The notes beneath the pieces were generated by a model. It had not been told where the DNA came from. It searched no databases and worked only from the letters and a program-made list of their open reading frames with translations. Made by a program: the position numbers and the translations under genes. 64,000 bases of DNA, taken from the NCBI GenBank assembly GCA_963728565.1, contig CAVSLC010000020.1, positions 64,001-128,000 on the forward strand, written 5' to 3'. Numbering within the stretch: position 1 is the stretch's first letter; each line of letters starts with the position of its first letter. Below are positions 31,795-40,057 of the stretch, in pieces. This DNA comes from an uncultured delta proteobacterium. Its GTDB lineage: Bacteria > Desulfobacterota > Binatia > UBA9968.

Positions 31795-31914
31795 CAGGCT
31801 GCTCAAGGGCCTGAGGAACAAGGCGCGTGCAGTTCGACGAGTTGAGACGTACGCTTCAGCGGGTTAAAGCCCGCCGGCCAAGCGCAACGAGGAACATGAG
31901 GCTTTCAGCAGCCT
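31795..31914 (+). repeat. Palindromic intergenic repeat, copy 4 (degenerate)
   Basis: CAGGCTGCTCAAGGGCCT...AGGCTTTCAGCAGCCT; core CAAGGCGCG..TTCGACGAG..GAGACGTACGCTTCAG..AGCGCAACGA. Confidence 0.85.
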
Positions 31915-31943
31915 AATAGAACGCATGGAGGACGATAACGAAC

Positions 31944-32882
31944 ATGGCTTTACTTATCGGTGAACCACAAAGCAAAAAGCTCATCAACATGGCACGGGCG
32001 GTCGATCTTCTCGATAAAATGTTTCGAGATCGGGCGGCCGGCAAGTTACGCGGTTTGCCACGCCGCCGGCTCAAGGGAAACGAGAAGCAAATTAACATCA
32101 TGGCTGCCTGGCATCAGGGTTACGACCTGTTTTGCTTGCGCGCGTACATCGCTCAAGCAAACACGGTCACGCTCTATAACGGCAAGAGCGGGCAAATCCA
32201 GGCAATCATCAATATGGGCTATCTCAGCAGCCTGCGGACCGGCGCCGCTACGGGTGTGGCCGCAAAGTATCTGGCGCCGCCGAATGCTAATACGTTGGGA
32301 GTTATCGGACCGGGCTGGCAAGCCACTTTTCAGGTGGAGGCAGTTGCACACGCGTGCCGGATCGAACGGATCGTGGTCTTCGGAAGGACTCCCAAGCGGC
32401 GCAAACAATTCATCAAACAGATGAGCCAAATAGTTGAAGCGGACTGGCGCGAGGCATCCTCCGTTGAGGAGGTCGAAGGCGAGTCGGATATTATTGTCGT
32501 CTCGACCAACTCCACCACTCCGGTTGCCGAAGGCAAGAAGCTTAAAGAGGAGGCGCTGGTTGCGTCCATCGGCGCAAACGGAGCCTTCAAGCACGAAGTC
32601 TCGGGCAGCTTGCTTCGGCAAATGGATCTCATCGTTGCCGATGATGTGGCCGCTGCGAGAGTGGACAGCGGTGATTTGATCGATGCTTGTCAGTCCGGCA
32701 TCGCCCGTTGGGACGATGTCGTTCCTCTGGAAAAATTTGTCGGCAGCGGCGCCCCGCAACCCCGGCCCAAGAGGATCTTTTTTCAATCCAACGGTATCGC
32801 TGATGAGGACCTCGCGGTGGGGCGCTATGTGCTGGAACAGGCCAGGCGAAAACTGAAGCTTCGCCAGGTCACAGAGATATAG
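31944..32882 (+). CDS. Ornithine cyclodeaminase/mu-crystallin family protein
   Basis: [42 protein letters not shown]. Confidence 0.88.
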   Translation: MALLIGEPQSKKLINMARAVDLLDKMFRDRAAGKLRGLPRRRLKGNEKQINIMAAWHQGYDLFCLRAYIAQANTVTLYNGKSGQIQAIINMGYLSSLRTGAATGVAAKYLAPPNANTLGVIGPGWQATFQVEAVAHACRIERIVVFGRTPKRRKQFIKQMSQIVEADWREASSVEEVEGESDIIVVSTNSTTPVAEGKKLKEEALVASIGANGAFKHEVSGSLLRQMDLIVADDVAAARVDSGDLIDACQSGIARWDDVVPLEKFVGSGAPQPRPKRIFFQSNGIADEDLAVGRYVLEQARRKLKLRQVTEI

Positions 32883-32976
32883 CTTTACTAAAGCCGCTGC
32901 CGATAAGCCGCGGCGGTCTCGATCGAAAGGCTCAGGTACATTTAGTAGTCGCCATCGCCAACGCCTTGTATTTGCG

Positions 32977-33705
32977 CTAGGGTTTCTGGAAGGCCAGTAC
33001 GAAGCGATCGCTCAGATTTCGCTCTTTGTTTACGTTGAAGTCCCGTTTATCTTCCGCCCGGCTAAGCATCGTCCCTTCTTTTGCCAGCTTGAACCCTGAA
33101 CCGGTTACTTCCTTGATGACCAACAGTTTATCGATGCGATGAAGCGTTTTCACCGCCTCGTTGCCGCTGCCTTCTTTGGCTGAGTGATCGACGACACCAT
33201 AAACACCGCCTCGCTTCAGAGCGCCAAAAATTCTTTTGTTCATCGCGATACGCACTTCGGGAGAGAGATCGTGATAATTCAAATGTATCAAGGCGAAATC
33301 AAGCGAGCCGTCCTGCGGCAAGGCCAGTTTATCCAGAGGCCCTTCAGTCACCTGGACATTGGCGAACTGCGGATTTTTGAAGCGTTCAGTCAGTTCCGGC
33401 CGGGCTGCCGGAACCGCAGAGTAAACCATGCCCCGGGGCCCCACCACCTGAGATAAGATGGCCGTGTAATAACCGCGCCCGGCAAAAATATCGGCAACCT
33501 TGTCGCCGCTTTTAACGCCATAAAACGCCAGCACCTCTTTTGGTTTGCGGGTCGAGTCCAAGGCCTTTTCAGTATCCGGCCTTTCTTTATCGGCAAGGAT
33601 GGAGGAAAAATCCGGTTGCGACTGCATCGACGAGCAGCCGCCGACGACGATGATGATTGATATTAGAACGAGAAGAAAAACTCGCTGCGAGAACACGTTG
33701 AGCAT
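32977..33705 (-). CDS. Predicted lipoprotein class I methyltransferase (COG4798-like)
   Basis: Lipobox-like VGGC; RKP.EVLAF.GVK.G.KVADI.AG.GYYT, NYHD, VVDH, LHRID, DRFVL.F.KP. Confidence 0.82.
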   Translation of the reverse strand: MLNVFSQRVFLLVLISIIIVVGGCSSMQSQPDFSSILADKERPDTEKALDSTRKPKEVLAFYGVKSGDKVADIFAGRGYYTAILSQVVGPRGMVYSAVPAARPELTERFKNPQFANVQVTEGPLDKLALPQDGSLDFALIHLNYHDLSPEVRIAMNKRIFGALKRGGVYGVVDHSAKEGSGNEAVKTLHRIDKLLVIKEVTGSGFKLAKEGTMLSRAEDKRDFNVNKERNLSDRFVLAFQKP

Positions 33706-33830
33706 AACTCCCCCTTGTTTAAACAGTTGGCTTCATTGTATCGACTGCAATGATTCTATGTTTACCGATGGTCCCACCCTAAGCTAAACCAGGAGCACAT
33801 CCAGCCGGCACGCCGATCTTGTCTTGACAG

Positions 33831-35294
33831 TTATAACACACTCCGATCGACCACAAACACTACAGCCGTGCTGTCTTCATAAACCAGTCGGTAACGCGCA
33901 TCAGCGCGGATGAGATGCGTCAACGGTTTACCTGTTTGTGCTATGATCAAGCGGGCGCGCAGAAGTTCAGGGTCTTTATTCCACGCGGTGCTACCATTCC
34001 ATGTCGCCAGCGAATTGGCGATGCGTTCATCGCCGTGTAAGTTCGTGCGGCCGTCCATCGAAACCGGCAACTCGGGCAGATTCCAAATCAGATAGCCTCC
34101 CCAATCGAGAGAATTATAGAGTGGCCCTGGAAGCTGATTGGATCTGATGAACTTCACTGCCTGGGCGGGAAAATGCAATTCAACGGCTTTGGCCAAGGAA
34201 TTTTCTGAAACATCGCGAATATGGCTCAGCCCGTACAAACATAGGAATAAAGAAAGAATCACCGCCGCTACTCTTTCCTTGGTGAAGTCAAAATACCCAC
34301 TGTACTTTTCTGTGCTGGCGAACTCGCTAACGATGGCCGCCACCACTAAAGCCATGAACCATACATCGCGCCGCGCGCGAAAGGCAAAACAAGCCGCCGT
34401 CACGAACAAAGCCAAATAAAAAATGTTCCAGCGTCTCTGCCACCCCAATACAAATGCCCCGGTTAGGGTTAAACAAAGAACCAACCAGTCTGCGAGGGAA
34501 CGGAAGAACATGGGATGCAGCTCAGAGATGTTCTGGAAAGCCCCGCTCTGAGTAACATATTCAAGCATCGCCAGGTAAACACGGTAGTGATAGGGATTGA
34601 CCAGGGTTGCAAGGAAACATGATCCAAGAAGCAGCAAGGAATGCGTCACCGACAAAGCCCGGTTATCGCTTTGCGGCAAACCGGATCTCGCGAAGCGATT
34701 GAGGAACGATTCAAGTGCCAAAAAACCTAAGATGGCTAATCCATAGACGAACTGTATGTGCAAATTGGCCCAGAGGACAAATACCAGAGGCAAAACTAAA
34801 GCCGGAAGAAGCTTCCATGAGCGGCGCAGAATAAAGACAAGTATCAGCTCTATGGCAGTGAATAAAATAGTGAAGAGCCATGGGCGCGGGCTTAGCAGGG
34901 GTTTTAGGCTGGCAAAAATCACCGCCAGCAGGAGGACTTCAGCGACAAAAGGCAAGCGGGCTCGGCGCAGCAGCAGATGGATCGTCACCGCTACCAAGAG
35001 GGACATCGTCACGGTAAACGCAACCAACCCGGCCAAACCAAAATATCTGTGCAGGCCGTAAACCAGGATCTCGAATAGCCAGCTATAGGCGATCCAGCGC
35101 TTTCCCGCGCCAAAAATGGAGAATGGGTCTTCGACCGGGACATGGCCATGAGCAACGATCCACTGCCCGGTTCTTAAGTGCCACCAGATATCCGGATCCT
35201 CGATCGGCAGCATCGCTTGATAGGCGGGAATCAAGTACACCAGAGTCCATATGAACAACCGGCAAATCGTTTCCTTGTTCGGAACCCTTGTCAT
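33831..35294 (-). CDS. Polytopic membrane protein, putative GT-C-type glycosyltransferase
   Basis: DPDIWWHLRTG, YSWLF, RP, LWANLH, NPY, WGGYL, DGR; about 11 TM segments. Confidence 0.65.
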   Translation of the reverse strand: MTRVPNKETICRLFIWTLVYLIPAYQAMLPIEDPDIWWHLRTGQWIVAHGHVPVEDPFSIFGAGKRWIAYSWLFEILVYGLHRYFGLAGLVAFTVTMSLLVAVTIHLLLRRARLPFVAEVLLLAVIFASLKPLLSPRPWLFTILFTAIELILVFILRRSWKLLPALVLPLVFVLWANLHIQFVYGLAILGFLALESFLNRFARSGLPQSDNRALSVTHSLLLLGSCFLATLVNPYHYRVYLAMLEYVTQSGAFQNISELHPMFFRSLADWLVLCLTLTGAFVLGWQRRWNIFYLALFVTAACFAFRARRDVWFMALVVAAIVSEFASTEKYSGYFDFTKERVAAVILSLFLCLYGLSHIRDVSENSLAKAVELHFPAQAVKFIRSNQLPGPLYNSLDWGGYLIWNLPELPVSMDGRTNLHGDERIANSLATWNGSTAWNKDPELLRARLIIAQTGKPLTHLIRADARYRLVYEDSTAVVFVVDRSVL

Positions 35295-35336
35295 TCGTCG
35301 TAGTCGATTTTTGGCGTCTAACGGGTCAGCAGCGGA

Positions 35337-36176
35337 TCAGGAGTAGGATATGGAACGAGGTGGGTTGCTGAGCTTCCGGTACGGCCCGCAAGATACTCTC
35401 AAACGAGAATTTTGCCGCATCGCTTGATCGACATCGTAGCGCAGCAGATCCCAGATTTTTTCTGTGCATCTGGCAAAGTCGGGATCTTTCATACTGCGAA
35501 AGTTGCGCGGCCGCGGCACATCAACCGTGATGATGCTCTTGATCAACCCGGGCGCCGAGCTCATAACCGCGATACGGTCGCAGAGCATGACCGCTTCATC
35601 GAGATTATGCGTCACCAGAATAACGGTTTTCTTGTCGCGCTCCCAGATGCGCAGCAGCTCTTCCCGCATCAGCAGTCGGGTCTGAGCATCGAGCGAGGCG
35701 AACGGCTCATCCATGAGAATCACTTCGGGATCATTGGCAAGGGCACGAGCGATGGCGACTTTTTGTTTCATCCCCCCGGAAAGCTCATAGGGTCGGGCCT
35801 TGCCGAAATCGAGCAGGCGAACTACCTCCAGGAAGAACTGGCTGACCCGTTTCAACACCGAGGGGTGCTCATTACGAAATTCCGCTCCGAGCGGGACGTT
35901 TTCCTCGACGCTTCGCCACGGCATCAGCGCCGATTCCTGAAAAACCATAGAGACCATCGATCTGGTTCTTTTCTCGCCGACGAATTCGACGGACCCCGTT
36001 GTCGGTTGCTCCAGGCCCGCGATGATGTGCAACAAGGTGGTTTTGCCACAGCCGGTGGGTCCGATGATGCCAAAAAACTCGCGGTCGCGCACCTCGAAAT
36101 CCACCCCGCCCAAAGCGCGGACCTTTCCCGAGCCGGAGATGAACTCTTTAGTTAAGAAACGGACAACGATTTTCAT
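35337..36176 (-). CDS. ABC transporter ATP-binding protein (TauB/SsuB/NitT type)
   Basis: GPTGCGKTT, LSGGMKQ, ILMDEPF, VTH, VPRPR. Confidence 0.92.
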   Translation of the reverse strand: MKIVVRFLTKEFISGSGKVRALGGVDFEVRDREFFGIIGPTGCGKTTLLHIIAGLEQPTTGSVEFVGEKRTRSMVSMVFQESALMPWRSVEENVPLGAEFRNEHPSVLKRVSQFFLEVVRLLDFGKARPYELSGGMKQKVAIARALANDPEVILMDEPFASLDAQTRLLMREELLRIWERDKKTVILVTHNLDEAVMLCDRIAVMSSAPGLIKSIITVDVPRPRNFRSMKDPDFARCTEKIWDLLRYDVDQAMRQNSRLRVSCGPYRKLSNPPRSISYS

Positions 36177-36242
36177 CGACGAGCTATTGGTGACGCTTGA
36201 TTGTTGCAGCTTAAACGGCTGAACGTTCTTGGCTTCGGAGCG

Positions 36243-37256
36243 CTATCGCGCAGCGAAGACGTCATCGAACATTTTGCCGTACCTTGAGAAATCTTCAAGA
36301 ACTTCGACCGGCGCGAAAGCCGGCTTGATGCCTTCCATCAAGCGCGCTTGTGCCGGCGGCGTATCCGTCCGATCGGGAATCCTGTTCATTTTGCGAACGA
36401 TTTCCTGGCCCCTTTTCGATAAGACGAAATCGATGAACAACCTCGCGGCATTGGGATGGGGCGCTTTTGCGGAAATACCGGCGGGATGGATATTGGCAAA
36501 AACCGGATTTAAGTAAACCCAGTCGACCGGAGCACCAGTAGGCTTCAGCACTTCGAAGGTCTGCGAGTACGCGGTCAGCGCTCCCTTGAACTCTCCCGCT
36601 GCCACGAGCTGAGCGAGTAGCGTGCGCCCGGAACGCAACTGCGTCTGCTTGGCCAGCTCACGCATGTACGCTAAACCTTTTTCCTCTCCCATGGCTTTAA
36701 GCATCGTGCCGAACCACTCATAGGCTTTGCTCTCCATGCCGATGTTACCCTTCCATTCGGGCTTTAACAGATCAGCGTAGGATTGGGGGACGCTGCCTTT
36801 GGACACCGTCCCGGTATTGTAGCCGAAAGCCGCGTAGTTGGTATAGACCGAGGTCCACGCGCCATGTGGGTCTTTGTAACCATCTTTGAAAAACTTGCGC
36901 TCCGGTGAATCGTAGGCGGCAAACAGGCCTCGTTTGGTTAAATTGTGACCATAAAAGCTTGTCGTCACAGCGACGTCCCAGAGATTCTGCCCGGCGCGAT
37001 TTTCGGTCAAAATCCTTTCCATGATAGCTGCGTCGGTGCCACGGTAAAAAGCGGCGTCGATCTTCGGATATGCCTGCTTAAACCCATCGGTCAGCATCTT
37101 TGAATCAGCGGCATTGAAGGTGGCATAAAACATCAGCTTGCCTTCAGCTTCGGCCTTGTCCTTTACGCTCTGCGCCAGAGCTGGTGACGTCCCGGTCCAC
37201 AGCCCGAGCGCCAAGACACAGACAAGAACCTTCACAACAGAAAACTTTTTCATCAA
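36243..37256 (-). CDS. ABC transporter substrate-binding protein (Fe3+/thiamine-like)
   Basis: Signal peptide; EGKLMFY, YNT..V...P.SY.DLL.P.WKG, APHPNAARLFIDF.LS..GQ. Confidence 0.88.
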   Translation of the reverse strand: MMKKFSVVKVLVCVLALGLWTGTSPALAQSVKDKAEAEGKLMFYATFNAADSKMLTDGFKQAYPKIDAAFYRGTDAAIMERILTENRAGQNLWDVAVTTSFYGHNLTKRGLFAAYDSPERKFFKDGYKDPHGAWTSVYTNYAAFGYNTGTVSKGSVPQSYADLLKPEWKGNIGMESKAYEWFGTMLKAMGEEKGLAYMRELAKQTQLRSGRTLLAQLVAAGEFKGALTAYSQTFEVLKPTGAPVDWVYLNPVFANIHPAGISAKAPHPNAARLFIDFVLSKRGQEIVRKMNRIPDRTDTPPAQARLMEGIKPAFAPVEVLEDFSRYGKMFDDVFAAR

Positions 37257-37279
37257 TGCGAAACTCCAATAATCAATTT

Positions 37280-38002
37280 TCAGGGCATCTCGGTAAGCAG
37301 GCGCCCATAACCGGTAACCGATTCATTGAGGTGCAGGATTTTCTTGGTAGCCCAGACCTGCGCGGGAATGCTCGAAACCACTGTGGTCTTCAGATCTTTT
37401 TCCAGCATTTCGATCACCGGCAGGTTGTGCCAACCGGCACCGAGCATGTAGATGCCATCAACCGGTCCGTGCTCGATGAACACTTTCTTGGCGAAATTAT
37501 AGATCGCCTCCGGCGAAAGCTTGCCAGCGTCTTTGAACGGCACCTCGATGCCTTTCATCGCTTTAACGTCGAAGCCGTCGTCCTGCAAAAACTTTGCGAA
37601 CCGCTGGTTCATATCGTCTTGAAAATAAGTGATGCCGACCAGTTTTTTCATTCCTAACGCTCGGAACGCATCGACCTGAGCGATCGTAGCCACAGTGACG
37701 GGAATTTTGTATTTCTTGGTCAGCGAATCGGCGATCGCACGATCCGCACCATGGCCGCGCACCATTGTCGGCGGCGCTCCCATGATCATCACCACATCCG
37801 CGCCCAATTCCGCCAAGCGCGCGACTTTCTTTTCGGCAACCGTCAAAGCCTCCTGCAGCTCTTCTTCATTCCCGGCGCGAATCCCGGCATGAGCGGGAAT
37901 AAAGCCAACCCCTTCCGGCATGAGCTTGATGAAACTTTCCATCGATCCCGGACGATATGTGGGCTTTACCAACCCGACGATTCCGCGCGCACCGTAGTAC
38001 AT
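37280..38002 (-). CDS. Asp/Glu racemase-maleate isomerase superfamily protein with no cysteine
   Basis: YGARG.VG, GADVVMIMGAPP, DGIYMLGAGW, VVSS, GYGRLL. Confidence 0.8.
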   Translation of the reverse strand: MYYGARGIVGLVKPTYRPGSMESFIKLMPEGVGFIPAHAGIRAGNEEELQEALTVAEKKVARLAELGADVVMIMGAPPTMVRGHGADRAIADSLTKKYKIPVTVATIAQVDAFRALGMKKLVGITYFQDDMNQRFAKFLQDDGFDVKAMKGIEVPFKDAGKLSPEAIYNFAKKVFIEHGPVDGIYMLGAGWHNLPVIEMLEKDLKTTVVSSIPAQVWATKKILHLNESVTGYGRLLTEMP

Positions 38003-38037
38003 TCGTTGTTTTCTCCTTAACTCTGCAGCTGATCTTT

Positions 38038-39753
38038 CTATGCCGCCGCCTGGAGCCCGTGGCCGTTGCCGCTGCCCAGCACGCTGCCTGGCAGCGCCCC
38101 AGTGTGTTTGCCCTTATCCACCAGGACCTCGCCGTTGACGATCGTCATTTCGATACCCGTTGCTTTTTGGATGAAGCGTTTTTCGTCACCTGGCAAGTCT
38201 TGCACCATTTCCGGGTCGCACTCACGGATCGTCGCCGGATCGAATAGAACTAGATCTGCGGCCATGCCGCGGCGCAGCAAGCCGCGGCCCTGCAGGCCGA
38301 AGATTGACGCAACCATGAACGTCAGTTTGCGCACGCCTTCTTCGAGGCTCATGATTTTTTTCTCACGCACCCAGTAACCAAGCAGGCGGGTCGAATAACC
38401 AAACCCGGCATCGTAGATCAGATGCGCGCCGGCATCGGACTGCCCGACGAGAACATAGGGGCTGCGGATGATCTCGGCCACCGCTTCTTCGTCACCATTG
38501 GTGCTGGAGGTTTGAAACTCGGTGTCCAACCCTTCCTCGAGCGAGAGATCGAGGAAGGCGTCGATCACATCCTGACCGCGCATTTTGGCGATCTCCGCCA
38601 CGCTCTTTTTTTCCAGATATTTATTCGCCGGAGTGGCGGCGTTGATCAGATACACGAGATCCCAGCGTCGAGAGAAACGCGACGACTTCTTCTCCTCGAC
38701 CGCTTCATAGCGCATTTTCTTGCGCGTATCCGGATCTTTGATCGCTTCGATGCGCGCTTCCAGCGGTAAGAATAGAATTGTCTTCCAGGTCGGCAGGTCA
38801 TCGAACACCTGGGCGTTCTTCATCGTGAGCCGGTTGTTGAACAAACGGGCATTGCACAACGGATAGGACTGCACCCCTCGGTCGATCGATTCTTTGGCGA
38901 GATCCAAAAGCTGGCGCCATTCATTGGGCTTATCCCAGCGATGCGTGATGCTCTGCCAGATCACCGGCCGGCCGGAACGGCTGGAAATTTCGTCGAACAG
39001 CTGCACGCTCTCCCGCATCGGCACCGAAACACCCAGTGAGCCCCGGGAGATCTGCACAGCGCCCTGGTTGATCTCGCCCAGCGCGCAGGCGAGCTCGATA
39101 ATCTCTTCGTCGGTGGCAAAGCGACTCTGGATTGGCGTGCCGTCGGCATACATGTGCACGGGATTCTGATTGGTCGAAAAACCGGAGGCGCCCGCGCGCA
39201 CGCTGGCCTTTAACACTTCTTTCATCTGATGAATCTCCGCCGCAGTCGCAGCGCGCTCGATGGACGCCTCGCCCATTACGAATTGGCGCAGCGCGCAGTG
39301 GCCCACCAGCGATGCGACGTTAATACCCAGGTGACCGCGCAGAGCGTCGAGGTATTCGCCGAAGGCAGTAAAGCCCCACTTCACTCCGGCTTTCAGAGCC
39401 GGCAGCGTAATCGCTTCAACGCGCTCGAAGCTTTTCAGTATCGTCTCACGGTCCTGTTCCTTACAGGGCGCCAGCGACAGCCCGCAATTTCCGGGTATGA
39501 CGGTGGTCACACCGTGATAGCAGGAAGAAGTGGCCAAGGGATCCCATAAAAGCTGGGCATCGAGGTGCGTGTGAAAATCGATGAAGCCCGGCGACACGGC
39601 AAGACCATCGGCATTCACGATTCGCTGCGCGCTGCCGCTGATCCGCCCCATTTCAACAATGCGACCATCCTTAACCGCCACATCACCGAGGTAGGAAGGC
39701 AATCCACTGCCATCGTAAATGCGGCCGCCTTTGATGAGTAAGTCATACGACAT
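38038..39753 (-). CDS. N-acyl-D-amino acid deacylase-like amidohydrolase
   Basis: PGFIDFHTHLD, HGVTTV..GNCG, SDAGAH, ADLVLFDP, IVNG; AGGAGG RBS. Confidence 0.9.
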   Translation of the reverse strand: MSYDLLIKGGRIYDGSGLPSYLGDVAVKDGRIVEMGRISGSAQRIVNADGLAVSPGFIDFHTHLDAQLLWDPLATSSCYHGVTTVIPGNCGLSLAPCKEQDRETILKSFERVEAITLPALKAGVKWGFTAFGEYLDALRGHLGINVASLVGHCALRQFVMGEASIERAATAAEIHQMKEVLKASVRAGASGFSTNQNPVHMYADGTPIQSRFATDEEIIELACALGEINQGAVQISRGSLGVSVPMRESVQLFDEISSRSGRPVIWQSITHRWDKPNEWRQLLDLAKESIDRGVQSYPLCNARLFNNRLTMKNAQVFDDLPTWKTILFLPLEARIEAIKDPDTRKKMRYEAVEEKKSSRFSRRWDLVYLINAATPANKYLEKKSVAEIAKMRGQDVIDAFLDLSLEEGLDTEFQTSSTNGDEEAVAEIIRSPYVLVGQSDAGAHLIYDAGFGYSTRLLGYWVREKKIMSLEEGVRKLTFMVASIFGLQGRGLLRRGMAADLVLFDPATIRECDPEMVQDLPGDEKRFIQKATGIEMTIVNGEVLVDKGKHTGALPGSVLGSGNGHGLQAAA

Positions 39754-39791
39754 GAGAAATCCTCCTTGGTCGATCCAACCGGCTGGCTGAG

Positions 39792-39819
39792 CTTATAGAT
39801 AGGGGTATACAAAAGTCAA
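39792..39819 (-). promoter_or_regulatory. Putative sigma70 promoter of the amidohydrolase operon
   Basis: Minus strand TTGACT-N16-TATAAG, about 40 bp before ATG 39753. Confidence 0.45.
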
Positions 39820-40057
39820 TCAAGAATCGCTAACCGAACTCCGGATCGAAGAATCCTCGTGACGACAATGATCTAACTTCTCTGTACTTTTGGTGTCTGG
39901 CGACGGGAAGAGCCGATCGACTCACCGACAGCGCTTAGTCGGCGATACTCCGTAACCTCGGACCTCGGCAGCCTGTATGAATCGGATGCGGCATTGTGTA
40001 AGTCCAACCGTTATGAATGAGCTATGACTTAACTTTGAACCGTTAAGCAAAAAAGTT

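Noticed and set aside
5777-31914. Repeat copies as a CRISPR array or integron attC sites
   Set aside because: Dispersed, mixed orientation, no regular spacers, no cas or integrase gene, no RYYYAAC/GTTRRRY ends.
32046-36155. Long antisense ORFs (32046..32786, 35412..36155 and similar elsewhere)
   Set aside because: Shadow frames of well-supported genes on the opposite strand in GC-rich DNA.
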